Assembly (NCBI GenBank): GCA_047495785.1 | Contig: JBLDXI010000013.1 | Span: 62,001-126,000, forward strand | Direction: 5' to 3' | DNA from: Lepidodermella squamata | Lineage: Eukaryota; Animalia; Gastrotricha | DNA: 64,000 bases | Shown here: piece by piece, positions 27,414 to 39,365 of the stretch | Layout of the letters: the number at the start of each line of letters is the position of its first letter | Position numbering within the stretch: the stretch's first letter is position 1 | The notes under the pieces: model-generated | The model's input: only the letters and a program-made list of their open reading frames with translations | The model's database searches: none | Told to the model about the DNA's origin: nothing | Made by a program: the position numbers and the translations under genes

Positions 27414-28035
27414 ATGACTCAAGAAGTCGCGTTTGAAAGGGTGATGCCGAAGCGAGGTTGAGATTACAGTGATATAACGATGATTCTTTATTCAATTAAA
27501 GGAGGCCGTTGATGCTGCTAGCAAGTTTGTTCGCCACTTCGTAGATTTTGTTGACAAAAGCAGGCAGGTAACATCACTTCACATCGCTGAATATAGCAGC
27601 AACTTTGATTTATTCTTCTTTTGCAGTTCACTTCAAAATTTTACTTCGATGACTCCGTGCTGTCATGGAATGGTAACATGGTAAAAGGACTTGACGCCAT
27701 CTCCAAATTTTACACTGGCCTCCCGCAGTCAACGCACAATGTTACCGCTTTCGATGCACAGCCTGTCGTTCTGCCAAGTACGTGTCTTGCATGATGATGG
27801 AATGATTTGTATTTTTTATTGCTTAACAGCTTCTACTTCACCGGCCATTCTGATATCAGTCTCTGGGACTGTCGAATTCCCCAATATTAGCAGCAGATCT
27901 TCCTTCCATCGATCCTTTGTCTTGGTGACTCGCGAAAAAAGTCAGTCAGGACAAGAAAATTCAACGGGTCCCAATGTGAGCTGGAAAATTTTAACTGATA
28001 CGTTCCGGCTACAGCAAGTTGACACTCGCAGATGA
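27414..28035 (+). CDS. NXT1: NTF2-related export protein (NXT1/p15)
   Basis: Four exons give MTQEVAFER|EAVDAASKFVRHFVDFVDKSRQ|FTSKFYFDDSVLSWNGNMVKGLDAISKFYTGLP...FDAQPV|...ILISVSGTVEF...FHRSFVL...WKILTDTFRLQ. The WNGN, DAQP and WKI..D.FR motifs fit NXT. Confidence 0.9.
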
Positions 28036-28529
28036 TTCATTATAACCTGGAAAAAGTCAATAAAAATTTGCGTTACGCAGTAATTTCGTCAATTCTACCG
28101 AAAATCGAAATACCACAACTTTACCTCTTATTTCATATCCCGAAATGTGTTGTGTTGACGTGCATTGTACGCATCCAGACTGGCCCTTTCTGTAATAGTT
28201 TCAGACCACACTAGTGCTGTATTTAATCGGAGGTCGTAATTTGTGGAGCCAGTTAATCCACAGTTTTCTGAGGGTTGATGTTTTTTAGAAGACGCCCGAA
28301 AAGCATCTGTTGAAACTTGTGATCGTGGAAGGACGGTACTTCTTTCCGCAGCAAATTCTTACTCTTTTCCGCAGCAAATTTTTTTTATTCAATCATGGAC
28401 ACCAGGATATGTTGGATGAAAAGTTATTCTCAATGCCAGTTGATAGCGTGATTCGAGGGCTATCGTTTGGCACTAATTGTGCCGAGCGATCCCTCTTGAA
28501 AGTTTCACCAATAGTGCGATTTGTGAAAG

Positions 28530-31500
28530 AAAAGTAAGATCTCACAGCGCAAATTAAACGCAGATTTCCGTCAGCTAATAGCCACATCATAGGAGGTGAT
28601 TTCAACTTGAATCTGATGGACCAGACAAACCACGATGACTTTAACGATGCGATGGCCGGCCACGGTCTAACACTTGCCTTTGAGAAAAATGTCACGCGGC
28701 CAGCTTCTAACACAATGCTGGACTACTTCTGGTCAACCTACTCAGCTAAACGAATCGTGCTGGCGGGATCAACTGAAGGAGTTAGCGACCATCATGGCTG
28801 TGCGATGGTGCTGGAACTTGAAGCAGCAAAACAAGTAGCACATCGCCGCCGCCTGCCGTAAGGCGCGCAAGGGCCTTTTTGCTCTACAACTTGCTGCGAA
28901 AAACGGTCTGAATCGCACGTGCCTTAAAGCGATGGCCAACGGGCTTGTATTCGCTCATCTTCAATACTGCGACACTGTACTCGGAGAGGCGAGTAAAACG
29001 TCCCTCGAACGCCTTCAAAGGCTGCAAGACAGAGCGGTCCGCATAATTATGAATGCGCCTTATACCGCAGCCGCAGATCCTCTTCGAAAGCAACTAGGCT
29101 GGCTAGACCTGAACGGTAAACGCAATGTTCACCTGGCTACGCTAATGTTCAGGTGTGTCATCGATGAAGCACCCGATGCCATAGCCTCACTATTCGTCAA
29201 AAACGAGCCCGGCCGACTTCGAAGTGCCCGGCTGACCTTCAAAGTTCCCAAATTCCGCATCGACTACGGCAAAGCCAGCCTCAGTCACCGCGGGCCAGTG
29301 TTCTTCAACACCCTGCCAATCCACTTCCATTGCTCACAACATCAGCCAGTTGAAATCAGCACCTACAAAGGCAACCTTCCAACCTGCGAATGTGGAATCA
29401 AGGCCTGCGCCACCGCCAACGACTGCAGACAGCTTGTTTATTTATTTATTTATTTATTTATGAGCCATTCATCCGTTTTTAGGAAAAGTTGGAAAGCTCA
29501 GCTGTAAAAAAAGACAATGGATTAGTTAGGTTCGATTTAAACTGTACACAAGATTAGATAGTTATAAAACATCATGTAACTTATATGTATAAAAAAGAAG
29601 ATAGCTCAACAAAGAAAACAATTGTGATGAATGTTGGTTTGTAGCAGGATCAATATAAAAATATAAAATGCAGATGCTCTTGTCTTCTGGTTTCAGGCGG
29701 CGGTATTTGAGGTAAGTTCTTTTTGTTGTGTAAGCAGGTGACGGTAAACCAAGTTTCTGCATTGGTCGGCAGTTTTGGATGTGCGGATGTGGTCGGGGAG
29801 AGAGTTCCAAAATACCGATCCATGGTGAGCCAAACACCGATCCATGATCGCTGACTTAGTCCTGGGCACCTCTAGGATGTTTGAGAGTTCTTTGAGGGCG
29901 TTTTGTTTGCGGGTAGAAGCCATTGGTGCGGTTCGAAGTTTGAAGAAGTTGGCTATGGCTACCGGGGCCTCACCATTAATGCAGCGCCAGATCAGTGTTG
30001 CCAGGTGAACTTTTCGTTTTCCGTCAAGATCCAGCCATCCGAGTTTTTGTCTTAGCGGTGCAGGGTCCGCGTTCATCGGAGCGTGGCAAATGATTCTTAC
30101 GGCCTGGTCTTGGCGACGTTGTAGTTTGCTGAGCTTGGTCGGTGCCAGCTGCGAGAGAGTTGTATCGCAGTACATTAAGTGGCAGAATATTAGGCCATTT
30201 GCCATGAGTTTGAGAGTCTTTCGATCAAGGTATTTAGCAGCGATCCTCAGTCCGAATAAGCCACTACGTGATTTGTTTTTCACCCCCCTTAAATGTTCCT
30301 TAAATCCCAATTTATTGTCAAGAGTAAACCCCAAGACTTTGAGTGATGACGTTGTTCCGATCAAGCAGCCGTCAATTTTGATTTCGAATTTAGGTGGGGA
30401 AGTGGTGTTGTAGTCGGTTGGCAAAACAATCATCTGCGATTTTTTCCCGTTTACCATTAGACTGTTCGCTGCGAGCCAGACACTCAATTGATCAATGTCG
30501 TACTGAAGCTCCTGTTGTAACTTTTCAACATCTTTTCCTGAATGATATACAGTGGTATCATCTGCGAACTGGACTAGTTTCGCAAATCTGGGAATCGATG
30601 CCATCTCATTAATATATAGCGTGAAAAGTAGCGGCCCCAGTACACTACCTTGGGGCACGCCGTAGAGCAAAGGCAAATGGTCTGAAAAGGTATTGTTTAT
30701 CGAAACATACTGTTTTCGGTTCTCAAGGTAATTGCGAATTAATCCGACTGCTTTCTCTGTGAAACCTGCGCTAATTAAGGAGTTATAGACACCTTGGTGA
30801 TGCAGTGAGTCAAAAGCCTTGCTCAAGTCTATCGCAATAGCTACCGATATTTTGCTTTGTTCATGAGTCTTACGTAGATCATTACTGAGTTTCGCTAGAC
30901 ATGTGTCGGTAGAATGATATTGTCTGAAACCAAATTGGCTAGGCGAAAGAAACTCGATATTGGTGATATGTTCCTTAATTTGCATGGAAATGCACCGTTC
31001 AAAAGTTCTGGAAATGGCTGACAGTATTGAAATAGGCCTAAAATTACCTACGTCAGATTTACACCCACCTTTGTGAAGAGGATGAACCACTGCGATTTTC
31101 CATTGCTCAGGAATTGTGTTATTGTCAATTATTACATTGAACAGAACGAGTAAATGAGGTTTCAAAACATCAGAAGCTAGTTTAAGAATAGACTCCGGAA
31201 TACCATCGTGACCAGTCGTAGATTTGTTTTTCACTTTTGAGAATGCCAGGCATAGTTCCCTTTGCGTGATATGCCTAAATGAAAATTCCTGATTCTTCGG
31301 GTTCTTCCGGTCGAAGTCTAGGCGATTCAAAAGCAAATCTGCTATCTTTTTGCCAACGTTCGAGAACATCTGATTGAAAGTGTTAGCCAGGAGATACGAC
31401 TCATCTTTATTCAGAGATGGAAAGTCGTTGTGGTTGGACGATTTCTTAGGTCTAAACTCATTAACCACCTTCCAGATTTTTTTGGAATCCCGCCCTGCCT

Positions 31501-32450
31501 CAGTAACTTTACTGCGCCATTTGGCCCTTCGCGATTTCCGGATTTTTCGATGTTCCTTTCGTTGTTTGCTAAGTGAGTGAAAAGTTGGCCGGTGTTTGGT
31601 GCGGCGGTGCGTAGATTTTCTAACTGTTTCTGGTGCAAGTTTATCAAGAACCTTAATAATCGCTGTCTGGATTTTATCCCAGCAATTCTGTGAGCTATCT
31701 CCGGTTTCGATGCTAGGACTTCCTAGTGCCTTACCGAGTTCATAATTGAACTGGTCTGCCTTGATAGCTTTCAAGTTACGATACTTAGATTCGGTTGCGA
31801 CTTGGTTTTTAAACCTTTTTGTTCCCTGGTCCGTGATAACTAACAAGATCCCGTGATGGTCGCTAAGCCCATGTATTGTTCCCGATAAGATGATGTTTTC
31901 TTCCTTTTCAGTGGTCCAAAAATGGTCGAGCATGGTAAGAGCGGCTGGCCTAGTAATGCAGTGTGGAAAGCTATGTTTCAGATCAAACGTATTGAATGTG
32001 TCTCGTAATTCTGAGTCAACTTTGATATCGAGAAGGTCCCAATTGAAATCTCCGCCTATAAATCGATGATTGACATGCATCGATTTTGCAGTAAGATCAA
32101 CTAAAACACTGTCTAGTTCTTCGACTGGAATTTTGGGCATTACTGTTGGTGATCGATATATCACGGATGCTGTGAATGTCATTCCATTTGGTGATTCGAT
32201 TAAAGCGTGAATGTTCTCGATTGTGGATGAGGTTGACCAATAATTTTTGATCACCAAATTGTTTATAAACATTTACTTTGTTGTTGATTATTTTTATACA
32301 AACGCATCTCAATTGTTGTGGACTTATAACGAAACGGAAAAGACAAATCTAACGGCTCTGCACACTTTTTTGTTAATTGCACCTAATTTTCCAAGTCGAG
32401 CTCTCAACAATGGGATCAATGCTCTTTAAATAAATAAATAAATAAAATAA
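28530..32450 (+). mobile_element. RT-deleted CR1/L2-group LINE (host), split by the insertion at 29442-32258
   Basis: APE motifs GGDFN, TRPAS.TMLDYFW and SDHHG are joined at ~28835 to HIAAACRKARKGLFAL...MANGLVFAHLQYCD...DCRQLV. The element resumes after 32259 as (L)VYKHLLCC*, followed by a 3' UTR and a (TAAA)n tail at 32426-32450. Confidence 0.85.
29442..32258 (-). mobile_element. Young 5'-truncated CR1/L2-group LINE (partial APE endonuclease plus reverse transcriptase)
   Basis: Uninterrupted ~855-codon ORF with IYRSP, GGDFN, SDH, FRPISIL, QFGFR, DLSKAFD, GVPQGSVLGPLLF and FADD. The 3' UTR ends in (TAAA)n at ~29462-29437. The TSD TTGTTTAT lies at 29434-29441 and 32259-32266. Confidence 0.95.
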
Positions 32451-33185
32451 AGATGTCTTCAGAATTTCCATCATATCCCCGAATTGGTCAATCTTAAACG
32501 AACGATTTAGGGCTTGTTCGAAAGCCCTAATCCTCGTCTATTCGAATAAGTACGATTCCTAGGATTTGGAGAAAAACTGGAGATGCTACGAAGAAATTAA
32601 AAATATTTGCTGCGGATTAAAGTATTTTTCTCGTGGAATAGTGGAACAATGTAAAATGGCGCGTGTCACGCGCTTATCAAACCAACCAATAAGATTCAAA
32701 CCTTCCGTGCGATCGGAAAAATTGTAGGTTTGTTCACAGGTCCCTCTGAAAAACGTAACAAGTGATCAGTCGTAGGGTTCAATTTAAAAATTCGAAAATT
32801 AGGCACGATTCGCGAGGCTCCATATTACCTAGAGCGAATGCAACATTTGAAAATTCATTAGTCAACAATTGTTCATTTTGCCCTTCATTTTCATTTTAAC
32901 GTTCGACGAAGTTAGACGTAATGATTTAGGTAACTGCTATTGGGAACGTGATAATCAACGCGCAATGCCTGTTCAGACGGCGACGCAATGAGTGATGTGC
33001 ACGCCGCACGTCGCTGCGGTTGCCGTGGTCAAACAGGATCGGCCATAGCTCGTCAATCAACTGATGAAGTAGTCGGGCTTTGTCCGAAGGCAGCGTTCGC
33101 TCGAACATGGTTGTCGTAGTTGATGTCGGATTTCAGCTTCACTTTTCCTCAACATTTTATTTGGGGTGTGACTTTTTTCATCATA

Positions 33186-33925
33186 CCGTCAAATGGGGCG
33201 ACTTTCGCATAGCCATATCTCAGAGGTATCAAGATAAAGACCCCCTGAGTGGGATACCGTCAGATGGGGTAACTTTAGCTGGTGGGGCGACTTTGACATG
33301 CCAAAATGGGGTGACTTAAGCATACCAAAAATCGAAGATGGTAAGGTAAATTTTGGCATGTCAAAGTCGCCCCACCAGCTAAAGTCACCCCATCTGGCGG
33401 TACCGTTGGAAAGCCCAAAAAAAGACCAACCGGAATACCTTAAACATACTTTAGCCATTCACAATACCTGGTGATTAAACACAGGTAAAGTTAAGCGAAA
33501 AATACAGTTTTCGGCAGAATTTAGATGACTCGACCAGGTGTGATCAAAATGAAATAACCTTGTCATTTTCGAGCAGCCCCGACACCAGCTATCCAGCGGT
33601 ACCCCACTTAAGAGGTATCCGCCTTTCCCCCGGCGGTTTGAGTTAGGGCAAAAAGTCACCTCATCTGCATCTAAACCGTACTCAGGGTCACTTTGCTACC
33701 CTTCCACGTCATTTATTAAGTTAAATACGGCTCAAACGGTTCCACGACGTATATAATTTAATTCTCCATCATCAGGGCTTTCCATTGACATCCTACTTGA
33801 CATGTATCATGCCTGAGAAAATTACATCGTGTGTGATCTAAACTTGATCGCAAAAACCTATGGCAATGTCACCCCACTGGCTAAAGTTTGACGGCATAGA
33901 GAACGGAGAGAATGGTGTTTGACGG
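33186..33925. mobile_element. Tc1/pogo-type MITE containing a nested related mini-MITE (33257-33400)
   Basis: The outer element is TA|CCGTCAAA...TTTGACGG|TA. The inner 144-bp element is TA|CCGTCAGATGGGGTAACTTTAGCTGGTGGGGCGACTTTGACATGCCAAAA...TTTTGGCATGTCAAAGTCGCCCCACCAGCTAAAGTCACCCCATCTGGCGG|TA. Confidence 0.8.
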
Positions 33926-34665
33926 TATGCCTTCTGTTATGAGACAAATACTCTATTCATCCGACACCCTAAATTGTGACTTAAAATATTCGGCAACAGT
34001 TCTCACTTGAAACCAAGTACTTATCACAAAATTTAATTGAATCAAGGATATCAAGAATGACTCGGTGACCGTGGATATAACGTAATTCCGACGCCAATAT
34101 TGATTCGGCAAAATTTCATTTGATTTGGGAATATTTTCGAGCTCGAAAAAACAGTTCGAAGTCAGGCTTTCAAACAGTATTGATTCCTTTGTTACGTCAA
34201 AGGACGTCATTTTGAAGGTCCGATTCTGTCAGATCGTGGGTTCCTCAGAAAAAGCCTGGTTCTGGAAACGATTAGGGCCACGGATCGAATAAAACGAGCG
34301 ATTTTTCAGGGTGCTGGGCTTTGCGATTAAGCAGAGATGATCGGCAAAGTTTGAATTTAGGCTCTAAGTTTCACGTCGGTTGTTACAAGTCACGGTTTAG
34401 GTTGTCGGATGAAATAAAAATTGTCTGGTGAGAAAAGTTGTTCTCTTTATTTGATCACTGCCGTCACTAACATAGCCACGTCGAGTACCTTGCCAAGGGT
34501 AACCTGCCCAACACCTCGCCGATAATTTTCGGTTTTGACTCCGAAATTTTGCAAACACTAACCCACGCTTGTTTTTTTAAGAGTTTAAAAATTTAAATTT
34601 GAAGTTTCAGTTAACGTTTTCAAGTTTATTAATTAAACAGTATACAAAAATACCGATTTTTTTTA

Positions 34666-35485
34666 TCACACAAGCCGTATCGGGTGTTTCTGCTTTAAGC
34701 GTTTGTTCGGGAGTCCGAGAAGTGCAGCTCCGCATATCTCAATTGTCAGCTGCGAAGACCCACGCGGAAATTTCACTTCGAATGTGCTCGACTGCTTTGG
34801 CAACACTTAAAGAGAAACAAAGCTATCTCAGCGACGCAATCTGGTTATTTAATAACTTACTAAAAGGCTTATCAGTGAATTTCTCTAGTAACACATAAGT
34901 CTTTTGCGTTTCTTGAATGACCAAACCCGAACTGTTAATCGAGACATGTACAAAAACAAATTCAAGGCATAAATAAGAAAATTACGGACCGTCCTTCTAA
35001 TGCCTTGTTGGCAGATTGCACGACTTTCATTTCGAGACCTTCGAATCCAACGGATTGTATGGACTTCCTTATTTCTCCCACATCATTCCTTTGCAACCTG
35101 TTAAGCAGAAGCGTGAGGTTTATAATTTATTCGACAATTGAACCTACTTTTCCATATTCAAGTTGTCTGCAACGTAGCTTGCTGCCAACTGGGTAAGCCA
35201 GCCGCTAGCCTCGGGAAATCTATGAAAAACCTATCATAAATATCCTGTTTGGACTCATTTCAAATGGGACAACTTTTTACGCAGGGATGTTTTACGAAGA
35301 GCCTTAGCGAAGCGTTTTTTTCTTTTTCCAGCAACAAGTCCGAGCTTCTTGCGCTTGCTACTCTCGCCAGTTTCGAGTTTGACCGGAGTGAAGTATATAT
35401 CTGAGAAATCGTTTTGATAAGACGTCGGCATATGATTATGCAAGAACCTTTCGTAGCAAGCCCGCTCGCTTTCTTCTCTCGCCAT
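34666..35485 (-). CDS. POP4: Ribonuclease P/MRP subunit p29 (divergent)
   Basis: Five exons with four short GT-AG introns give MAREESERACYERFL...KKFPEASGWLTQLAASYVADNL...GFEGLEMKVVQSANKALEGRSGLVIQETQKTYVLL...MLPKQSSTFEV...IEICGAALLGLPNKRLKQK. This fits the Rpp29 pattern G..G..I.ET, PK...F, G......R. Confidence 0.8.
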
Positions 35486-37324
35486 GGCTAGTTTTCGCCC
35501 CTAGTAATAAATTAATTTGTTAATAGTTTTAAACCGAAGAAATGGAGATTTGAAGACAAAAAGGCTCAGCAAGATAGTAACGGAAAAGCTCGATTGAATA
35601 ACCTCGAACCTCGAACCGAACGAACCTAGAAAGCCAATGATAGGAAGGTGCTATTTTTGAGCCTGGTATTGTGTCTCACGGAGACACATAAGTATTGCAC
35701 AAAAAACACGGAAGGGTGGCCCGCTAGGGTATGGCCCGCCAACTTCATGTAAATTATTCAGCAGTTGATCTCTAAGGATCTTTGAGTTCTCGGAAGATCT
35801 TGATCGATGGCAAACTAAATTTCGTTCCATTTTGCTGAGGATGATCAGGATCAGGAATTACGATTTCTCATCGCCCTGACGGACTCAAGCTTTCGCCATA
35901 AGGCGGAGCTATTGAGAAAATCGCGAGCTTACGCTCTAGGAAAGTTTGGTCTGGTTTACTAACTACTTAATGATGTCCCTACCCCGGGTACTCCAGTTAT
36001 TGCTGACTGTTTCTCCAGGGCCCAGGCATTAGTGCCCAGGTGGCTTTTCCACTCACTCAGCGAAGCCTACAAACGCCGTCGTAGCAAGAAAGCTACCAAA
36101 AGACTAGTTTGGAGAATTATTTACAAGAGTAGAGATAATTTACAAGAGGTAATTCCACGGAGCCAAAATATAAGATAATTTAATGCCGGAGCTATAAAAG
36201 AAAATAAAGTATATTACATTTGGTTGAATATAGGGTTTGAAAAATATAAATAGAAATTTGGAAAACTCATTTAGTTCGGCACGTAGTTGATGTGTCGATC
36301 GAGGCAATAGACAATAGACAATAGACAATTTTATTCGTATCGCCTCAGACAGATACGACTATCAATTAATATTGCTTTTTTGCCAGACCCTGTCGATCGA
36401 GGCTCGTCACCGTTAAATGTGAACCCCAACCGGCGAATGAACCCGCCACTTTTCTTTAAAAATTTTCACGTATGATATTTTTTCTTAATTTGTTATCAAC
36501 TATTCAAGCAAATACTTTGTCGAATAGTCTATCCGGCGAAATTAAACGCTTCGAAAATTCGTGCGAGGATACGCGCGTATCCAACCACGCCGCCGGCACA
36601 AGTCACGTGGAGGCAGCGGCTAGTCGTGTCCCTCGCCAGGTTTCCGCTCTCTTTTGTGTTTGCGCGTATTCTGATCAGCCATTAAGGTACAGCAGTCAGC
36701 AGTCATCCGATAAGTATGCTGGTCTGGTAACTTTACGATACCTTTGTAGCCATTTAGACATCTTCGGCTTTAGTTATTTCCACTTACATTAAGTCCGCTG
36801 CCGCTTAGCATATCCCACGAGCGAGCGAGATGCAGCCTCAGAAAGGGCGCCCACCAAGCCTTGTATTCTGATATTAATTGGATTTTTAATTTTCGGCGTT
36901 TAAATCAGGATCACCATATGCATCAGATGCGGCATCAGGATCCATGGCCCTATCTTTATTACACACGATGGTCCACATCAGTTTTTGCGACATGTCATCC
37001 TGTGAAATCCGTTTATGCAAGTTCGATCTTCGATCTGGTCTACCATTAACTAGTATACAATTTGGGGGTTGCTTTCCTGTGGGTATTAAGCGCTGGTGAT
37101 TGGTGATCGGAGAGCCTTGTGCTTCGATTATCCACCTTTTCATTTTGCTAACATACATGCCGAAAATAAAATTTTCTCAATTATCCTGCGCGAAGAAATC
37201 TTCTGATAAGATCTGTGTAACTTCGCTTTCACAGTTAGCATGCTGCGTTCCACAAGCCACACTTACCAGTTGCTTGTACTATTTTATTGTATTTATAATT
37301 CATTTTAGCCTTAATATTCTGATA

Positions 37325-39365
37325 ATGTCGTGGCTCTTCGGAGTTAAAAAGCAGAATCCTGATTTGGTTGGAGCTATGTTACCACCACCTCCAGACGGCG
37401 ATGATGGCAAAGGTAAAAAATCCGCGAACTCCGGTCCCGTCGGTGCTAAATCTGAATATCACTTCGACTCAACTGCACTTGAACGAGCTGCCAAAGCGGC
37501 CAAGGATCTCGAGCAATCAAGTAGGTAGCTAATGTATTACTTTAATAGGTAATTTAAGGCTAATTTTTGCAGAATATGCTAAGGACGCGTTGGATGTGAC
37601 CCGCATGCAGGAACAGACCCTTCAGCTTGAGCATCAAAAAGCTATAAAGGTTTGCAAAAAGGTCGTTGTTATATATTTTCAAAAATGTCAAGTTTTGACG
37701 ATTCTCAGGAAATGGAGGCTCAAATCGAGCAAATGAAATTAGACTCTATTCGGGTTCAACAGGAAGAGCATCGGAAAACAATGCAGGAGCAAGTCAAAAC
37801 AAAGCAACAGATGGCGAACTATGAAGACCAGCTTGCCAGAAAGCGCTACGAAGACCAGCTGTCTCAACAAGCTCGCACGAATGAAGAGAATCTAAAAAAG
37901 CAAGAAGAGTCGTTGAAACGTCAAGAAGGCATTCGCCGATCGACTATTGAATATGAAGCCGAGTTGCGCCATAAGAATGAAATGCTTAAACTTGAAGCTG
38001 AGCTCAAAGGGAGGGGTAAAGTCGAACGAGAAAACCACGATTTGCACATGCAAGAACTGCAGCTTAATGCGAACGAATACCGAAAAACGATAATTGACTC
38101 CATTCAGTATGTTTCGTGTAAATTTAGGTCTATTCTCAAGCTGTTTTTTTCTAGGACCGTCGGCACCGTTTTAGGAACCGGTTTCAAAGTTTTTGTTTCG
38201 GATTTCAATCGTGTCGTCGGAGCTGTGCGTAGCTGTTAACATGTTTTTCTGTTAACGAGTTTTTCATTTTACAGACGGCAGCTTTGACTCTGCTTGCTGG
38301 GGGGTATTACTCCGCTAAATACGGCTCCGGCTTGCTTATGCGGTTCTTGGAAGCCAGGCTGGGAAAACCATCTCTTGTCCGAGAAACGTCTCGCCTTACT
38401 CCTGTGCAATTTGTCAAACATCCAGTACAGTCTTTCAAACGCCTTTCGTCAAATCCCAGCGATGTTCTTAGAGGCATCATTTTCAAAGTAATTTACCGAA
38501 AGGTTTAGTAACTTATCGATTGAAAAAAATATTTCAGCCTGAACTGGAAGAAAGGTTGCGGGAGGTTGCTATTGCTACGCGTCAAACTAAGCAAAACAGA
38601 GGTTTTTATCGCAACATTCTATTTTACGGACCTCCTGGAACTGGCAAAACTATGTTTGCGAAGAGCCTTGCCATGCATTCAGGTTTAGACTATGCTTTGA
38701 TGACGGGTGGTGATGTGGCCCCTCTGGGAACCCAGGCCGTCACGGCGATACATCGAGTTTTCGAGTGGTCTCGCACTAGTCGCCGAGGTGTCTTGTTGTT
38801 TATCGACGAGGCTGACGCTTTTTTGCGTAAACGCAGTCAAGAAACAATGGACGAAGGTCAACGATCAGCTCTCAACGCATTTTTATATCACACTGGTGAA
38901 CATTCGAAAAAGTTCATGCTTGTCATGGCGTCAAATCAGCCCGAGCAGTTCGACTGGGCTATCAACGATCGTCTCGATGACATGATAAAATTCGACGTGC
39001 CTGGCGAAGAGGAGCGCGATCGGATCGTGCGACAGTACTTTGATCTTTACATTTTACAAGTTATTGCCGCTGGTCGATCCCGCCTTAAGATAGATCCAAC
39101 CTACGATTGGTCGTCGAAGTGCTCAGCTATTGCCAAAAGCCTTAAGGGCTTTTCCGGAAGAGAGATCGCAAAACTTGCAATTAGTTGGCAGGCATCAGCC
39201 TTCGCGAGTGAAACTGGTACGTTGACGCCTGAAATAATGGATGCACGTGTCAAAGAGGCTATGGATGCTCATGCTCACAAAATAGCTTGGCGAAATTATC
39301 GCGTAGGTCAGAATCCCGATGAAATCAAAATTGGCAATTACGGAAACCCTGCTATTATGACTTGA
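37325..39365 (+). CDS. ATAD3: Mitochondrial AAA ATPase ATAD3
   Basis: MSWLFG start, [13 protein letters not shown], coiled coil with [28 protein letters not shown], Walker A GPPGTGKT, Walker [22 protein letters not shown] and SGREIAKL. Short GT-AG introns. Confidence 0.97.

Noticed and set aside
35221-35260. Possible non-canonical AT-AG intron (ATGAGT...) in POP4
   Set aside because: A canonical 54-nt GT-AG intron starting 15 nt earlier restores the same frame.
36970-37046. tRNA-like GTTCGATC...ACCA
   Set aside because: The T-stem and acceptor stem do not pair convincingly, and there is no D-arm.
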